Source of the DNA: a virus
Taxonomy: Duplodnaviria; Caudoviricetes
Direction: 5' to 3' (one strand)
IMG/VR virus record: IMGVR_UViG_3300002219_000044
Coordinates: 1-61,623 of that record
Length of the DNA: 61,623 nucleotides
Each line of letters opens with the position of its first letter. The stretch's first letter is position 1. The notes below the pieces were generated by a model. The model was not told the DNA's origin and ran no database searches. It was given only the letters and a program-made list of their open reading frames with translations. Below, one piece after another: positions 19,401-28,003 of the stretch. A program made the position numbers and the translations under genes.

Positions 19401-20604
19401 CAAGGCCCTGCCAGCCCTTTTCGTAATTTGACAGGTAGGCTTTCCGGGCTTCTGCTTCGGAAGCAAACCCAAGCATTATCTTGTGCTCATCGAACTTGCC
19501 TGATTTGATATCGGTCTGGTTGACGATAAACACCGTTTCGGCGCCTTCGGGATCCGGACCGAGAAAAACGTCTATGTGATCCTTGTCCTTTCCCTCCGTA
19601 CCCTTGATGTAGCCATAGTGGTTATGGATCTTCGATGTCCACCTTTTGCCGTCCGCGCCTATTCCGGATCGCTCCGACCCTGCCGGGTTTTCTATGGCGA
19701 TCTCTAATCCTTGGATAACGACATGCCCCTTGGCGTAATTCCCTGACTTTTTTTGGGCTTCCGTGGGTTCTGGCAGGTCGTTTTCCGGCGATGCCGCGGC
19801 CTTGTTTGCTTCCCGGTCGATTGCCGCCGACTCGGTGATCCTTCTTTTTTTGCCGCCGGCCGGATAAATCTCAATCGCATCAAGTCCGTGCGTAAACGAA
19901 GCATATACCTTGTTCGGCTTTACCGCTGTCAGCCCCAGGAATATGTTTTCTGACATGAAACGAGTCGGGCAAGTACCGTACATTTCGTGTATGGCGTCTG
20001 TTATGTTGTTCCCGTATTTATAGCTGTGAAGTTTGTAGCACCCTGCCGGCAAAGACAAAATCATCGCCCGGAGAAGCGCATTCGTGTCTCCGCCTGAATC
20101 AAGAAACTCGTACCAAAGGTCTGTCTTTTTATCGCGGCTTTTGGCATTTGCAATTTTTTTCAGCCAATCATTGATTGTTTTCGGGCCCGTAGATCCTTCC
20201 ATGATAGCGCCCAAGGGAACGGATTTTAAGACCGGATTGACGTCTTCTGCTTCCAGGGAAAGGTCCGCAAAACCTTCCGGCGGGATAAACCCGCGCAAAA
20301 CCTGAAAGCCCCGGATAAGATTCTGTTTGCCCTGGTAGTAGCCCTGGCTCATGATCAGAATATGGTGAATGTCCGCAGGCGCCGCCATGTCCAGGTCCAC
20401 CGGCTTGCCGTGCATACCGAAGCCGTAAGACTTGAAGTATTCCTTTAAGGCCTGCAGCGGCCGCTCGTATCCTTCCAGCATCGGCGTCAAGCGGATACGC
20501 GCCGGCTCTTCGGTTTCATACCGGGCCGCATCCATTTCCAGCAAGACCGCCCCGGAAAGCGTATCGATCTCAAACAGGTAAGGCGTGACAGGGTAGGGGA
20601 TCAT
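16441..20604 (-). CDS. Polyvalent multidomain protein (InPase-like, LPD3-like, HAD and unknown domains)
   Basis: GNYAKGH..IENPAG..HYGYI..DKDHIDVF..FDEHK; VDLDGTLA..IFTAR..YDD; ATGA overlap at 20601-20604. Confidence 0.8.
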   Translation of the reverse strand: MIPYPVTPYLFEIDTLSGAVLLEMDAARYETEEPARIRLTPMLEGYERPLQALKEYFKSYGFGMHGKPVDLDMAAPADIHHILIMSQGYYQGKQNLIRGFQVLRGFIPPEGFADLSLEAEDVNPVLKSVPLGAIMEGSTGPKTINDWLKKIANAKSRDKKTDLWYEFLDSGGDTNALLRAMILSLPAGCYKLHSYKYGNNITDAIHEMYGTCPTRFMSENIFLGLTAVKPNKVYASFTHGLDAIEIYPAGGKKRRITESAAIDREANKAAASPENDLPEPTEAQKKSGNYAKGHVVIQGLEIAIENPAGSERSGIGADGKRWTSKIHNHYGYIKGTEGKDKDHIDVFLGPDPEGAETVFIVNQTDIKSGKFDEHKIMLGFASEAEARKAYLSNYEKGWQGLGSMAELTVDDFKTWLQEGDTKAPIDDDEILESAGGVLSTLTGKELGENIDSGNAVASARNYFRAKMQGKTVTRQGVGEIRFSGKGWKKFKRGVTTDIKKAKLLPAASAIILRGKHSVSEPFKARNDNITRFHFFDGKVELEGETLLVGVTVGEDEFGHLFYNLNHDPDVLYEKRKAPILPRVEARGSEPYEGQHDAPFNMNINSPGNDVKKKVLESSSNPNSWIGVDLDGTLARYDGWKGYEHIGEPVPLMMDIVKEHLANGETVKIFTARAADPEGIPPVRAWLEKNDLAGLDITNQKDQNMTMLYDDRAAKVVENMGVVLEGAKGVFKKQFAGGKLTKQRGCSTDDKGCEMHYIRYVAYGPTEKIVEETYCDDYGFGIQAKTLKELKKKMAEYGGSSITEAAEDPGWKAAIAGAQSFDELSAAFTKVFPIAGETTAKQKEPWEMTSKEYGESIGSLSFPQTFGMHLPIIIDALKTGKLSHEEYARLYEKDYGNLEEMTGQKRKEPLQRTTPAKGTPERTELDKQVEGHKASLDAAYDALYDAEQARNKSASGSKKRDAAQRKVDKLQTAYNELLHSPVEDQGKIAKWEDVAETGDELQRIEARRLLKLVSDKDGAAMEAELFTERLAKRGLAGDDLTQAVNEALLHSFKMSDGLKKTLEIAEAKQQAPALQADYRRKIDALDISESDKARFKKDVEVSIWPEYMDKAYKDALKLEESVGPGIRGKREAEEIIREEEKERRAALEAAKIKLSDMADKPDPKKFYSRLSNGELREVKGHNLTMFAGIDLFTSKDANGQWAVTEGKSGTALAMGYSTQREAIAAAKELIEQRGGAAGVNKMALNLAKEHGLSPRWAKETESPESGPETVESDNGPTTIKSLLARIIRSKDRKQKDELYLSVYGNDRRMLLEAAILKVKPGTYTLAAEGKTLQSALEPICGLYAALDANKRFLRGMEAKYPKAVITSFTLGLQEVRIKENASKEDVWG

Positions 20605-22490
20605 GCAAATCCTTTCAGTTCTTCGTCCAGGAATATCGGGAGGTCTTCCCACTTTACATCTGAAGGCGTCGCGTGAGCGTCAACCGCCTTTGCAAGGTAG
20701 TACATACTTTGCGCGTTGACAGAAATGCCCTTTTGCAGATACAGCAAATACAGGTAGGCAAAGCTCAGGGCGTTTTTCATGGTTTTAAAAATCTCGGAAC
20801 GAAGGCCATCGTCCGCCCCGTCGGCCGGCAACCGGTAGCTTACAAAAGCCGAGTTTGACTTTTTTTGCCAATACCGGGCCGGGTGTTTTTCAACCCTTAC
20901 AACCAGGCCGCTGTTTTGCCAGAAAGAGCCTTTCTTTTTTACGATCGACTCCAGCCGCTTGTAAAAGTCGGCCAGGGCGTTTTCGTGCCCTTTGGTTCTG
21001 TCTATCGTTTTTGCGAATTCGTCCCGGTGAATCTTGTCCAGTTCGGTCATTTCGGATGCCGCAAACCCAAGCATGAGGCTCAACATTTCCGGATCTCGTT
21101 CGTAAAGCGTTATCATGCTTTCCGGAGTTGAGAGCATCTGCATTCCCATGGAAAGAACCTCGGTAGACGCATGGGGATAGACCTTCCCGACATACGGATC
21201 AAAAAAACTGTCTTCAAATGCGTATTCGTTGGCCCCGTAGTAGGGGTTTCCCGTGATCTTGGACAGCTTCTTTTTCTCAAACCCTTTTACGCGGCTTTCG
21301 CGGAAATCGACCGCCATGCCGTATGCCTTGGCGTTGCGTTCAAGCAGGTGCGCCATCTCATGAAACAAGACCCGCTTATTAAAGTCCGAACCCAGCCGGA
21401 CAACCCCGGTAGTATGGTCCGCATTCGCCCGCTTTTGGCCTTTCGTAGCGATAGATGCAGCACCCAGCTTGCCGCCGGTCAACCGGTAAAACTCCGCCAT
21501 ATCGGCCCGCAAGGATTCTTCCGCGTAACCCCTTTTTTTAAGCCGCTGAATCGCCGCCTTATCAATGCTTTGCCTGCCGGCCCAGTCGGTCGCCTCTTTC
21601 TCGGAAACCGGAGATTCTTTAAACAGGGCTTTTTTCACGGACTCAGAAAATTTTGCGGTTTGTTCTTTCAGATCCTTTTTCGGGCCATCCGTTTCTTCCA
21701 GAAAGGACTTTTCCAAAGCCTCAATGTCCTTATCCCGTCTGGAAAGCAACGGCCAGACATGCTCATCGCGCAGTTTTCTCAACTTCTCTAAAATGGCGGT
21801 TTGCTGTTCGCACAGCTCATTCCATTTCGCACTTTGTGCCTTTTCGTATTCAAACCGCTCATCACCGGAAGAAAAGGGAGGCTGATTTAGGTCATAGGGC
21901 CGGTTGGCCCAGGCAAATCTGAAATCCTTCATGCCAGCATAGAAATCATCATATTCATTCTGCAGCGCCGCTATGCCATATTCTTTTTTGACGCGCTCTA
22001 CCTCTTTGTCGTGAGCGTCCAGAACGCTACTCACCGCGGCCTGACGTTTCGCTTCAATCGTTTTCAGCCGGTTGTTGATTTCCTGCCGTTTTTCCAGAGC
22101 GATTTCCGCCCCGGCTTCCGCCAGCATCACGGCTCCGATTTCCGTGTTGACGGTTCGCAAGTGGCGCCCCACTTCATTCAGCTCCGGCCGGTTTTTGTAC
22201 CATAGCGCGTCGCGGGCTTCTTCTTGTTTCAGCCCGGCCATGGATATAATCCAGGGCTCTACATTATTTAAGGCATATGCAGCCGCATCATAACGCTCAA
22301 CAACGCCGGAGCCTTCTTTATCTTTCAGGATCTCCACCGCCCGCTTTAACCGTCCGGCCCGCTGAAAAGCCTGTTTGAAATCCAGGCCGCCGGGCCCGCC
22401 AAACAGCCCGGAAAACACGTCGAAAATATCATCTATGGAAGCGGCCGAACGAACGGCCGCCTTCCAATCCGCACTTGATTCCAGAATCAT
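20601..22490 (-). CDS. DdrB-like protein with zincin metallopeptidase domain
   Basis: LFHEMAHLLE, YVGKVY..STEVLSMG; Dar operon position. Confidence 0.7.
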   Translation of the reverse strand: MILESSADWKAAVRSAASIDDIFDVFSGLFGGPGGLDFKQAFQRAGRLKRAVEILKDKEGSGVVERYDAAAYALNNVEPWIISMAGLKQEEARDALWYKNRPELNEVGRHLRTVNTEIGAVMLAEAGAEIALEKRQEINNRLKTIEAKRQAAVSSVLDAHDKEVERVKKEYGIAALQNEYDDFYAGMKDFRFAWANRPYDLNQPPFSSGDERFEYEKAQSAKWNELCEQQTAILEKLRKLRDEHVWPLLSRRDKDIEALEKSFLEETDGPKKDLKEQTAKFSESVKKALFKESPVSEKEATDWAGRQSIDKAAIQRLKKRGYAEESLRADMAEFYRLTGGKLGAASIATKGQKRANADHTTGVVRLGSDFNKRVLFHEMAHLLERNAKAYGMAVDFRESRVKGFEKKKLSKITGNPYYGANEYAFEDSFFDPYVGKVYPHASTEVLSMGMQMLSTPESMITLYERDPEMLSLMLGFAASEMTELDKIHRDEFAKTIDRTKGHENALADFYKRLESIVKKKGSFWQNSGLVVRVEKHPARYWQKKSNSAFVSYRLPADGADDGLRSEIFKTMKNALSFAYLYLLYLQKGISVNAQSMYYLAKAVDAHATPSDVKWEDLPIFLDEELKGFA

Positions 22491-22504
22491 TAATCGTCCT
22501 GTCG

Positions 22505-22882
22505 TTAAGGTAGCAGTTCGCCCGGTTCCATCGTCCAGACTGTGATTCCGTATGTAATCGCCAGAACCTTCAACCGGTCCAGATAACGGACATCCCCCGG
22601 CTGTTCGATGATCAGCACGATTCCGGGTTTTTTCCCGGTCATGGCCGCGTAATACAGGCTTTGCCCGACCGCTTCGGCCCACTTTTGCGCGAAGTCGAAT
22701 TCGACCGCATAGGCTTCCATGAGACAATCCACGCGGGCGCTGTCCGGTAGAACGTGCTCACAGACGCCGCCGTGCTCGGAGCACCATTGCGCCTGGTACT
22801 CTTTTTCCAGGGCTGCATGTTTCGCCTGCACGGGCGCCGCAAACAAGAGAATCAACAAGATAAGGACTATGCTCCGCTTCAT
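22505..22882 (-). CDS. Signal-peptide protein with PD-(D/E)XK-like fold
   Basis: MKRSIVLILLILLFAAPVQA; RVDC..VEFD..WAEAVGQSLYY. Confidence 0.6.
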   Translation of the reverse strand: MKRSIVLILLILLFAAPVQAKHAALEKEYQAQWCSEHGGVCEHVLPDSARVDCLMEAYAVEFDFAQKWAEAVGQSLYYAAMTGKKPGIVLIIEQPGDVRYLDRLKVLAITYGITVWTMEPGELLP

Positions 22883-23940
22883 GCCGCCGCCCCCCACAGC
22901 CTGCCGAAAACCTCGCGCAGGGCGCTTTCCATGATAGACGAAACCTTGTCCTTGTTCGCCTCGATGTAAGCGATCGTCGGCGCCTTGATGGGTTCGATGT
23001 CCTTGATCTCTTCGATGATGTCTTTCAGGAGTTTCAGGAAGCCCTCGGGCGGTTCGCTGTTGTACTTGCCGGCCAGAAGGTCGGCGAGTTTCTGGCTTTT
23101 CGGCTGCTGCTTAATGTCCCTGTAAAAGTCCCCTACCGCATCGTCGGGATTTATATAGGAATCGGTTGTCACGGAATTGCCATCGGTATCGTTGTAGTGA
23201 ACAACAAACCCGCTGCCTTTCAGCTCTATCATGGCCTTGACGCCGTTGATGGAAAAATTCTGAAAGAAATCGCTTGGCGTTTCCGCCCTAAGCAGCTCTC
23301 CGCCGTATCCGACAATGGCGTCGATCATTCTTTGCTTGTCGTTCCTTTCGTTTCCGCCTTCGTCGTCTTCGGACTTGCCTTTCCGGAGTTGCCCCAGTGT
23401 TTTCGGCGTCCAATACAGGTCCAGCTCCACGTTGTTTTCTATCAGCTCTTCAATGCTGATATAGCCGACTTCCGCCATCTCGGTATCGCCGTTAAGGATC
23501 GCATAGCCATAGGCCTGATCCTGCGACTCTTCCTTGTCCTTTTCGATGATGTACCAGTCGGACCCGCCCTTGAAATAATGCAGAACGGCCTGCGCGTTAT
23601 TCCCTTTTTCCCGCGCCTGGTAGGTTGCCGGCATGTCCTGAATCGTCTTTGCGATCTCAAGGAACTTGTCCTTGAAGAATTGCCCTTCTTCGCCGCGGGC
23701 GCCGCTGCCCATGGCCGCGAGCTGCGACCGGCCGATAAAATGTTGAATCAGCGGCATGATCTTGTTGACATCGGTTGTGGTGGCCGGGCCCGCCGCGCTT
23801 CCGAGTTTTACCAGCGCTTCGTCCAGGTCCCGCTGCGCCGCTCTTTTCGCGGAAAAGGAAAGGCTGCCGGCTTCAAGCTCCGCCTGCTTTTCGTCCACCG
23901 TTTTTTGCAGGGATCTTTTTTCAGAGAATGAAAGTGCCAT
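22879..23940 (-). CDS. ddrA: DdrA-like protein with inserted DUF2958-like domain
   Basis: Helical termini (LADLLAGKY..FLKLL..AYIEAN); central HYFKGGSDWYIIE..EVGYISIEEL..ELDLYW; follows darA. Confidence 0.55.
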   Translation of the reverse strand: MALSFSEKRSLQKTVDEKQAELEAGSLSFSAKRAAQRDLDEALVKLGSAAGPATTTDVNKIMPLIQHFIGRSQLAAMGSGARGEEGQFFKDKFLEIAKTIQDMPATYQAREKGNNAQAVLHYFKGGSDWYIIEKDKEESQDQAYGYAILNGDTEMAEVGYISIEELIENNVELDLYWTPKTLGQLRKGKSEDDEGGNERNDKQRMIDAIVGYGGELLRAETPSDFFQNFSINGVKAMIELKGSGFVVHYNDTDGNSVTTDSYINPDDAVGDFYRDIKQQPKSQKLADLLAGKYNSEPPEGFLKLLKDIIEEIKDIEPIKAPTIAYIEANKDKVSSIMESALREVFGRLWGAAA

Positions 23941-26846
23941 TATTCAGCGTCCCCCCTTTCCTGTTTTGTTACAAATTTTTCATGTACCTTCTGGCAGGCC
24001 CGGACCGCTTCTTGCGGAGATCTGAACTCGGCGCTTGCGCCCGCTCCGCTCAGTGACCCGTCTTTCCTGATCCACCTGTAACCGGATGCCCCGGGAAGAC
24101 CGAAAGCCCAAGCCGTATAGCCCATATGCCTGCCGCCTTGATCGCTGATCGGGTCCACGCTGTACTTTACGCTCTTGTTCGGCCCAGCGCCCCCGCCGAC
24201 AACGATTCCATAACTCTTCTTGCCGGGCGCCGCGCCCGTGCCACCAGCCATCATGTTCCATTCCGCAAAGCCCGGAAGACCGCCCTTGCTGGCCTTCTCG
24301 AAAAGTTGATCTTCATCCATATCCGGAACCGCCGCATTCTCGAAACAGTCTTCGCCGACATGGAATACCTCGGCACCTATGGAGCCAACTCGGTACTTTT
24401 TGCCGTCGGAATCAACATAGGCCTGCGCCCCGGTTTTCTTGCAGGTCTTGAAAAACGAATTGTAGCCTACGCGGGCGTCATCTATAAAATCAAAGAATTC
24501 GCCTATTGACAGATCCTTAAAGAGTTTCTGCCCCGGCTTCCTTTTTGTTCCGCCCTCTAAGATTTGATCTTCGTCCGGATCCGGGACCGCCGCGCTTTCA
24601 GTCAGGCCCTTGGCTTTTTCCTTCAAGATGACCGTGAGCGCATCCGCCGACTCGTTCAGAAGCGCGTCGTACTTTTCCATCAAGCCCAGTTTTTCAAGCT
24701 GGCCGGCGGCATCGTCCAGCGCCTTGTCAATGGCCTTGGTGTCCTTGCCGTACTTCCCGGCAACGATGCCGTTCAAGATGTCAATGGCCGGCTGTTCCGG
24801 GGCAGTTGAAGGCTCCGGCGGCTCGTTTTTCGCTATCTCTTCCAAGTACTTGGCCTTTAAGGCTTCCGCTTTATCCATCGTTTGCAACGCAAGATCGTTC
24901 GCATCGGTAATGGTTTTTGCGTCAACGTGGTTGAATACCTGGTTGCCATCCTGTAAGGTCACACGGAACCCATCGGTGGAGGTCGAAACGTGGACCTCAT
25001 ACTTGCCGTTGCTGTAGTTAATCTGGTTGTCGAATTCCTGCTTTTTTTCCCACCCATCTGGCAGCACGGTGAGAGCCACAAGCGGACCTCCCCGCTGCCG
25101 TTGATCCTCAGTAAACATGGCGTTATTTATCGTTGATGCCATGCCTGTTACCGACTGACTCATGCCGTCCGGGTATTTGTGCTTTCCGTCCAGAACCCAG
25201 GTAATCGCAACCACATTCCGGCCAGCGCCGACAGATTTGACCTCATGAGACAGCCGGTGCTGTCTCCCGAAACTGACGGTAAACCAGAGATCCGAGCCGT
25301 TGCCTTTTATCTCCCATCCTAAATTCTGGAGTTGCGCCCTGACGTTGAAAAGGCGCTCGGCCATGGCCGGATCGAGAATGTCCTGCAGCGCGATCTGTTT
25401 TGATTCGTCCGCCAGGATCGCGTCGTAACCGCCCGCCTTGGCAATCGCGTCAATTGCCTTATCGTCGGCGCCGGATTCTTTCCAGGCCTTTTCCTCTGCC
25501 GGCTGCAGGGCAGGGGTGCCGGTCTCTTTTTTATCCGGTCCCGGGCCCAACAGTTTGGTCATCAACGCATATCTTCGCTCTCTCAGATCTTCCGTCAACG
25601 AGCCGGCGGATTTTTGCTTCTTATAAAGATCAGCGGCTTCCTCCATATCCTCATACTCACCCTTCCTTTTCGCCAGGAAAATCAGGTTTTCCGAATGGTA
25701 GTTTTCGTCTTCCAGCTTGTCGTAAATCTTATTGAAATCCGCTTCTGACAAAGTCTTGATGGAATCCTCGCCCACCCTCCATACTTCGTTGCCTACCGGA
25801 TCGTCTGTAGGCTTGAAGACCTTAACCTTGTCGCCCGGCCCAAACCGCCAGAACTTGCCTTCGGCTTTCATTCTGCGGTCAAATTCCATGGATTCGTCGT
25901 CGATATTGCCCTTCTTGGTTTCCAGCGCCTTTTTCAGCGAGGCGTTTGTCCGGCCCTCGAACTTTGCCCGGATCTTTTCCTCAAGGGTGCTGCCGCCTTC
26001 CGGCTTGCCTTTATTGCCGGCCTGCTTGGCTTTCAGGGCATCGATTTTGGATTGCAGATCGTTGTTGAAAATCTTCTGCTTTTCGATCCGGTTTCTCAGG
26101 CTGTTCTCCTGCACTTCCATGTCTTCCCCGTCGGCTTGGGCGGTCAGCAACTTGTCCCTGAGTTCGGTGTTCTGCGTTGCCTCGGCCTCTGCTTGGGTCT
26201 TGACCTCTTCGAGCTGTTTTCTTTGCTCGATAAGCGCCTTCTGCGTCGCCTGGAACCGTGCGGAATTCTTTTCGACCAACTGCGTTATCCGCTTGCCGAT
26301 CTCCTGCAGGCTGACCTCTGCGTTACCTTCCGGAGATACCACTTGAGTAATGTCCCGCTTGTTGAGAAGCCAGCGAAAGGCGATGATCTCATCGTCCGCC
26401 AGGATCTTCTTGTTATCGCCGTCCGGGCTGTGGAAAATGATGCTGACAACCTGCCCGTCGCTCATGGGAATCTGTACGGTGACGGTTGCAAACAGGCCGG
26501 ACTTACGCGGCTTTCCAATTTCCGGAACAAGCGCCTCGATGCCCTTGTCCTTCATGTGGCTGTTGAGTACGCGGATCAGTGCCAGCATCTTTTTTTCCGT
26601 GCGGGCAAACTTCTGTATCCGGATCGCTTCAAAAATTTCCTCGGTCGTCATCCGGTCGTTTTCGTCGTCATCCGGGCTGTAGACCTCATTGACCTCATCC
26701 ATGGTGGCCGTCTCGAAAAGCAGCCGTTCCTGCCCCTTGTCGGCGATCAGCCTGTAATAGGCTTCCGATAGCTGGGCCTGGGAAAAGCCCTGTGCGAAAT
26801 AGTCATACCCAAGGGTGATTCTATGGCCTTCCGTGATAGGATTCAT
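23940..26846 (-). CDS. darA: DarA-like internal head protein with inserted and appended modules
   Basis: DGQVVSIIFHSP..AFRWLLNKRDIT..NSARF N-domain; IVAGKY..LDDAA..LLNESAD C-domain. Confidence 0.8.
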   Translation of the reverse strand: MNPITEGHRITLGYDYFAQGFSQAQLSEAYYRLIADKGQERLLFETATMDEVNEVYSPDDDENDRMTTEEIFEAIRIQKFARTEKKMLALIRVLNSHMKDKGIEALVPEIGKPRKSGLFATVTVQIPMSDGQVVSIIFHSPDGDNKKILADDEIIAFRWLLNKRDITQVVSPEGNAEVSLQEIGKRITQLVEKNSARFQATQKALIEQRKQLEEVKTQAEAEATQNTELRDKLLTAQADGEDMEVQENSLRNRIEKQKIFNNDLQSKIDALKAKQAGNKGKPEGGSTLEEKIRAKFEGRTNASLKKALETKKGNIDDESMEFDRRMKAEGKFWRFGPGDKVKVFKPTDDPVGNEVWRVGEDSIKTLSEADFNKIYDKLEDENYHSENLIFLAKRKGEYEDMEEAADLYKKQKSAGSLTEDLRERRYALMTKLLGPGPDKKETGTPALQPAEEKAWKESGADDKAIDAIAKAGGYDAILADESKQIALQDILDPAMAERLFNVRAQLQNLGWEIKGNGSDLWFTVSFGRQHRLSHEVKSVGAGRNVVAITWVLDGKHKYPDGMSQSVTGMASTINNAMFTEDQRQRGGPLVALTVLPDGWEKKQEFDNQINYSNGKYEVHVSTSTDGFRVTLQDGNQVFNHVDAKTITDANDLALQTMDKAEALKAKYLEEIAKNEPPEPSTAPEQPAIDILNGIVAGKYGKDTKAIDKALDDAAGQLEKLGLMEKYDALLNESADALTVILKEKAKGLTESAAVPDPDEDQILEGGTKRKPGQKLFKDLSIGEFFDFIDDARVGYNSFFKTCKKTGAQAYVDSDGKKYRVGSIGAEVFHVGEDCFENAAVPDMDEDQLFEKASKGGLPGFAEWNMMAGGTGAAPGKKSYGIVVGGGAGPNKSVKYSVDPISDQGGRHMGYTAWAFGLPGASGYRWIRKDGSLSGAGASAEFRSPQEAVRACQKVHEKFVTKQERGDAE

Positions 26847-26849
26847 TGG

Positions 26850-27443
26850 TTATGCCGCCTCCTTCAGTTGATCGTATTCGGTCTGCAGCGCGTTTCCGAC
26901 TGCTACCAGGTTTTGATACTCCCTGTTCAGGGCTTCCACGGCGTCCGATTTCTGCGTATTCACCGTCTCGGCCTCAACAACCTGCGCCCTTACAGCCTCG
27001 TTTGCGGCTGATATTTCTGCAAGGGAGGACTGGAGCCGCGTAATCTGTTCGGCCACGCTGGTATTGACCGCCTTGATTTTCGGAACCTTCACCTTGATCT
27101 GTGCAAGCTGCTTTTCCTTCTGTTTCAGGTAGTTCTTTTCGTTGTCGTTCACATAATCAATGATTTCCCGGACCGCCTTGTCCAGATCATCGACGTTCTT
27201 GATTGCCAGCACCTTGTTATTGAGCTTGACCTGGAAAATGCCGCCGCCGGCCTTCGCCTTAACCAGAAGTTTCTGGCCCGACTCGAAGTTGATCAGAGCT
27301 TGCTTTACCAGGAATCCGGATTCCCGCTTCGCCTTGTCGGTCGCTTCCACCTCTCCGACCATCAAGCCCTCTTTTTCGAACTTTTTCAGAATAGGCTTGA
27401 GTCCGACCTTGTTGAACTTTTCAAAATCGATAGTAATTGCCAC
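26850..27443 (-). CDS. hdf: Hdf-like protein
   Basis: GTG start with GGAGG; KRESG..FESGQ..GGIFQVKLNNKV plus coiled coil; upstream of darA. Confidence 0.7.
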   Translation of the reverse strand: MAITIDFEKFNKVGLKPILKKFEKEGLMVGEVEATDKAKRESGFLVKQALINFESGQKLLVKAKAGGGIFQVKLNNKVLAIKNVDDLDKAVREIIDYVNDNEKNYLKQKEKQLAQIKVKVPKIKAVNTSVAEQITRLQSSLAEISAANEAVRAQVVEAETVNTQKSDAVEALNREYQNLVAVGNALQTEYDQLKEAA

Positions 27444-27456
27444 GTTTGCCCTCCTT

Positions 27457-27993
27457 CTATGCCGGCCAGCCGGCTGTAAAATCGTAAGCCTCAATTTCCG
27501 CAACGGTTTCCAGGGCGCCGATCGCCTCAGCATGTACCCGCTCCAAGCTGAAACAGGCTTGGACGTATGATCCAACCGCTTGGCCGATAGCCAGGAGCGT
27601 TGCCCTGTCGATCTGCACCCAGCCAGTTGCGCCCTTCCAGTCAATCAGGGCGACCGGATTCGCGTCGGAAAAGATCGTTGCCCCGCTTACCATCGCCTGA
27701 GATTCCCGGTCCGTCCGGATCGTTGCCCCGCCGATAGTGATTCCGGCCGTTTCACGCTCGTACCGGTATGCTGCCAGGGCGGCCAGTTTGTTGGACCGGG
27801 TTTCTCCCAGGGTATAGGTCCGGAAAGCCGCAAAGGGCCGCCCCTGATCGTCTGCCTGAATGGTTTTGCCTTCGGCTTGGGTCGCCAGCAAAGCAGCATG
27901 TTCCTCTTTCGTTATCTCGACCGCATCCTCCGGCATGTTGTTGCCGTGAATCTCGGGCGTGTAAAAACCGCGTGTTGATTCTGCATAGAACAT
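27457..27993 (-). CDS. Tail fibre assembly protein (DUF4376-like)
   Basis: GFY..IHG..PEDAVEI; RYERETAGI..TDRESQ. Confidence 0.75.
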   Translation of the reverse strand: MFYAESTRGFYTPEIHGNNMPEDAVEITKEEHAALLATQAEGKTIQADDQGRPFAAFRTYTLGETRSNKLAALAAYRYERETAGITIGGATIRTDRESQAMVSGATIFSDANPVALIDWKGATGWVQIDRATLLAIGQAVGSYVQACFSLERVHAEAIGALETVAEIEAYDFTAGWPA

Positions 27994-28003
27994 AATTGCC
28001 CCC

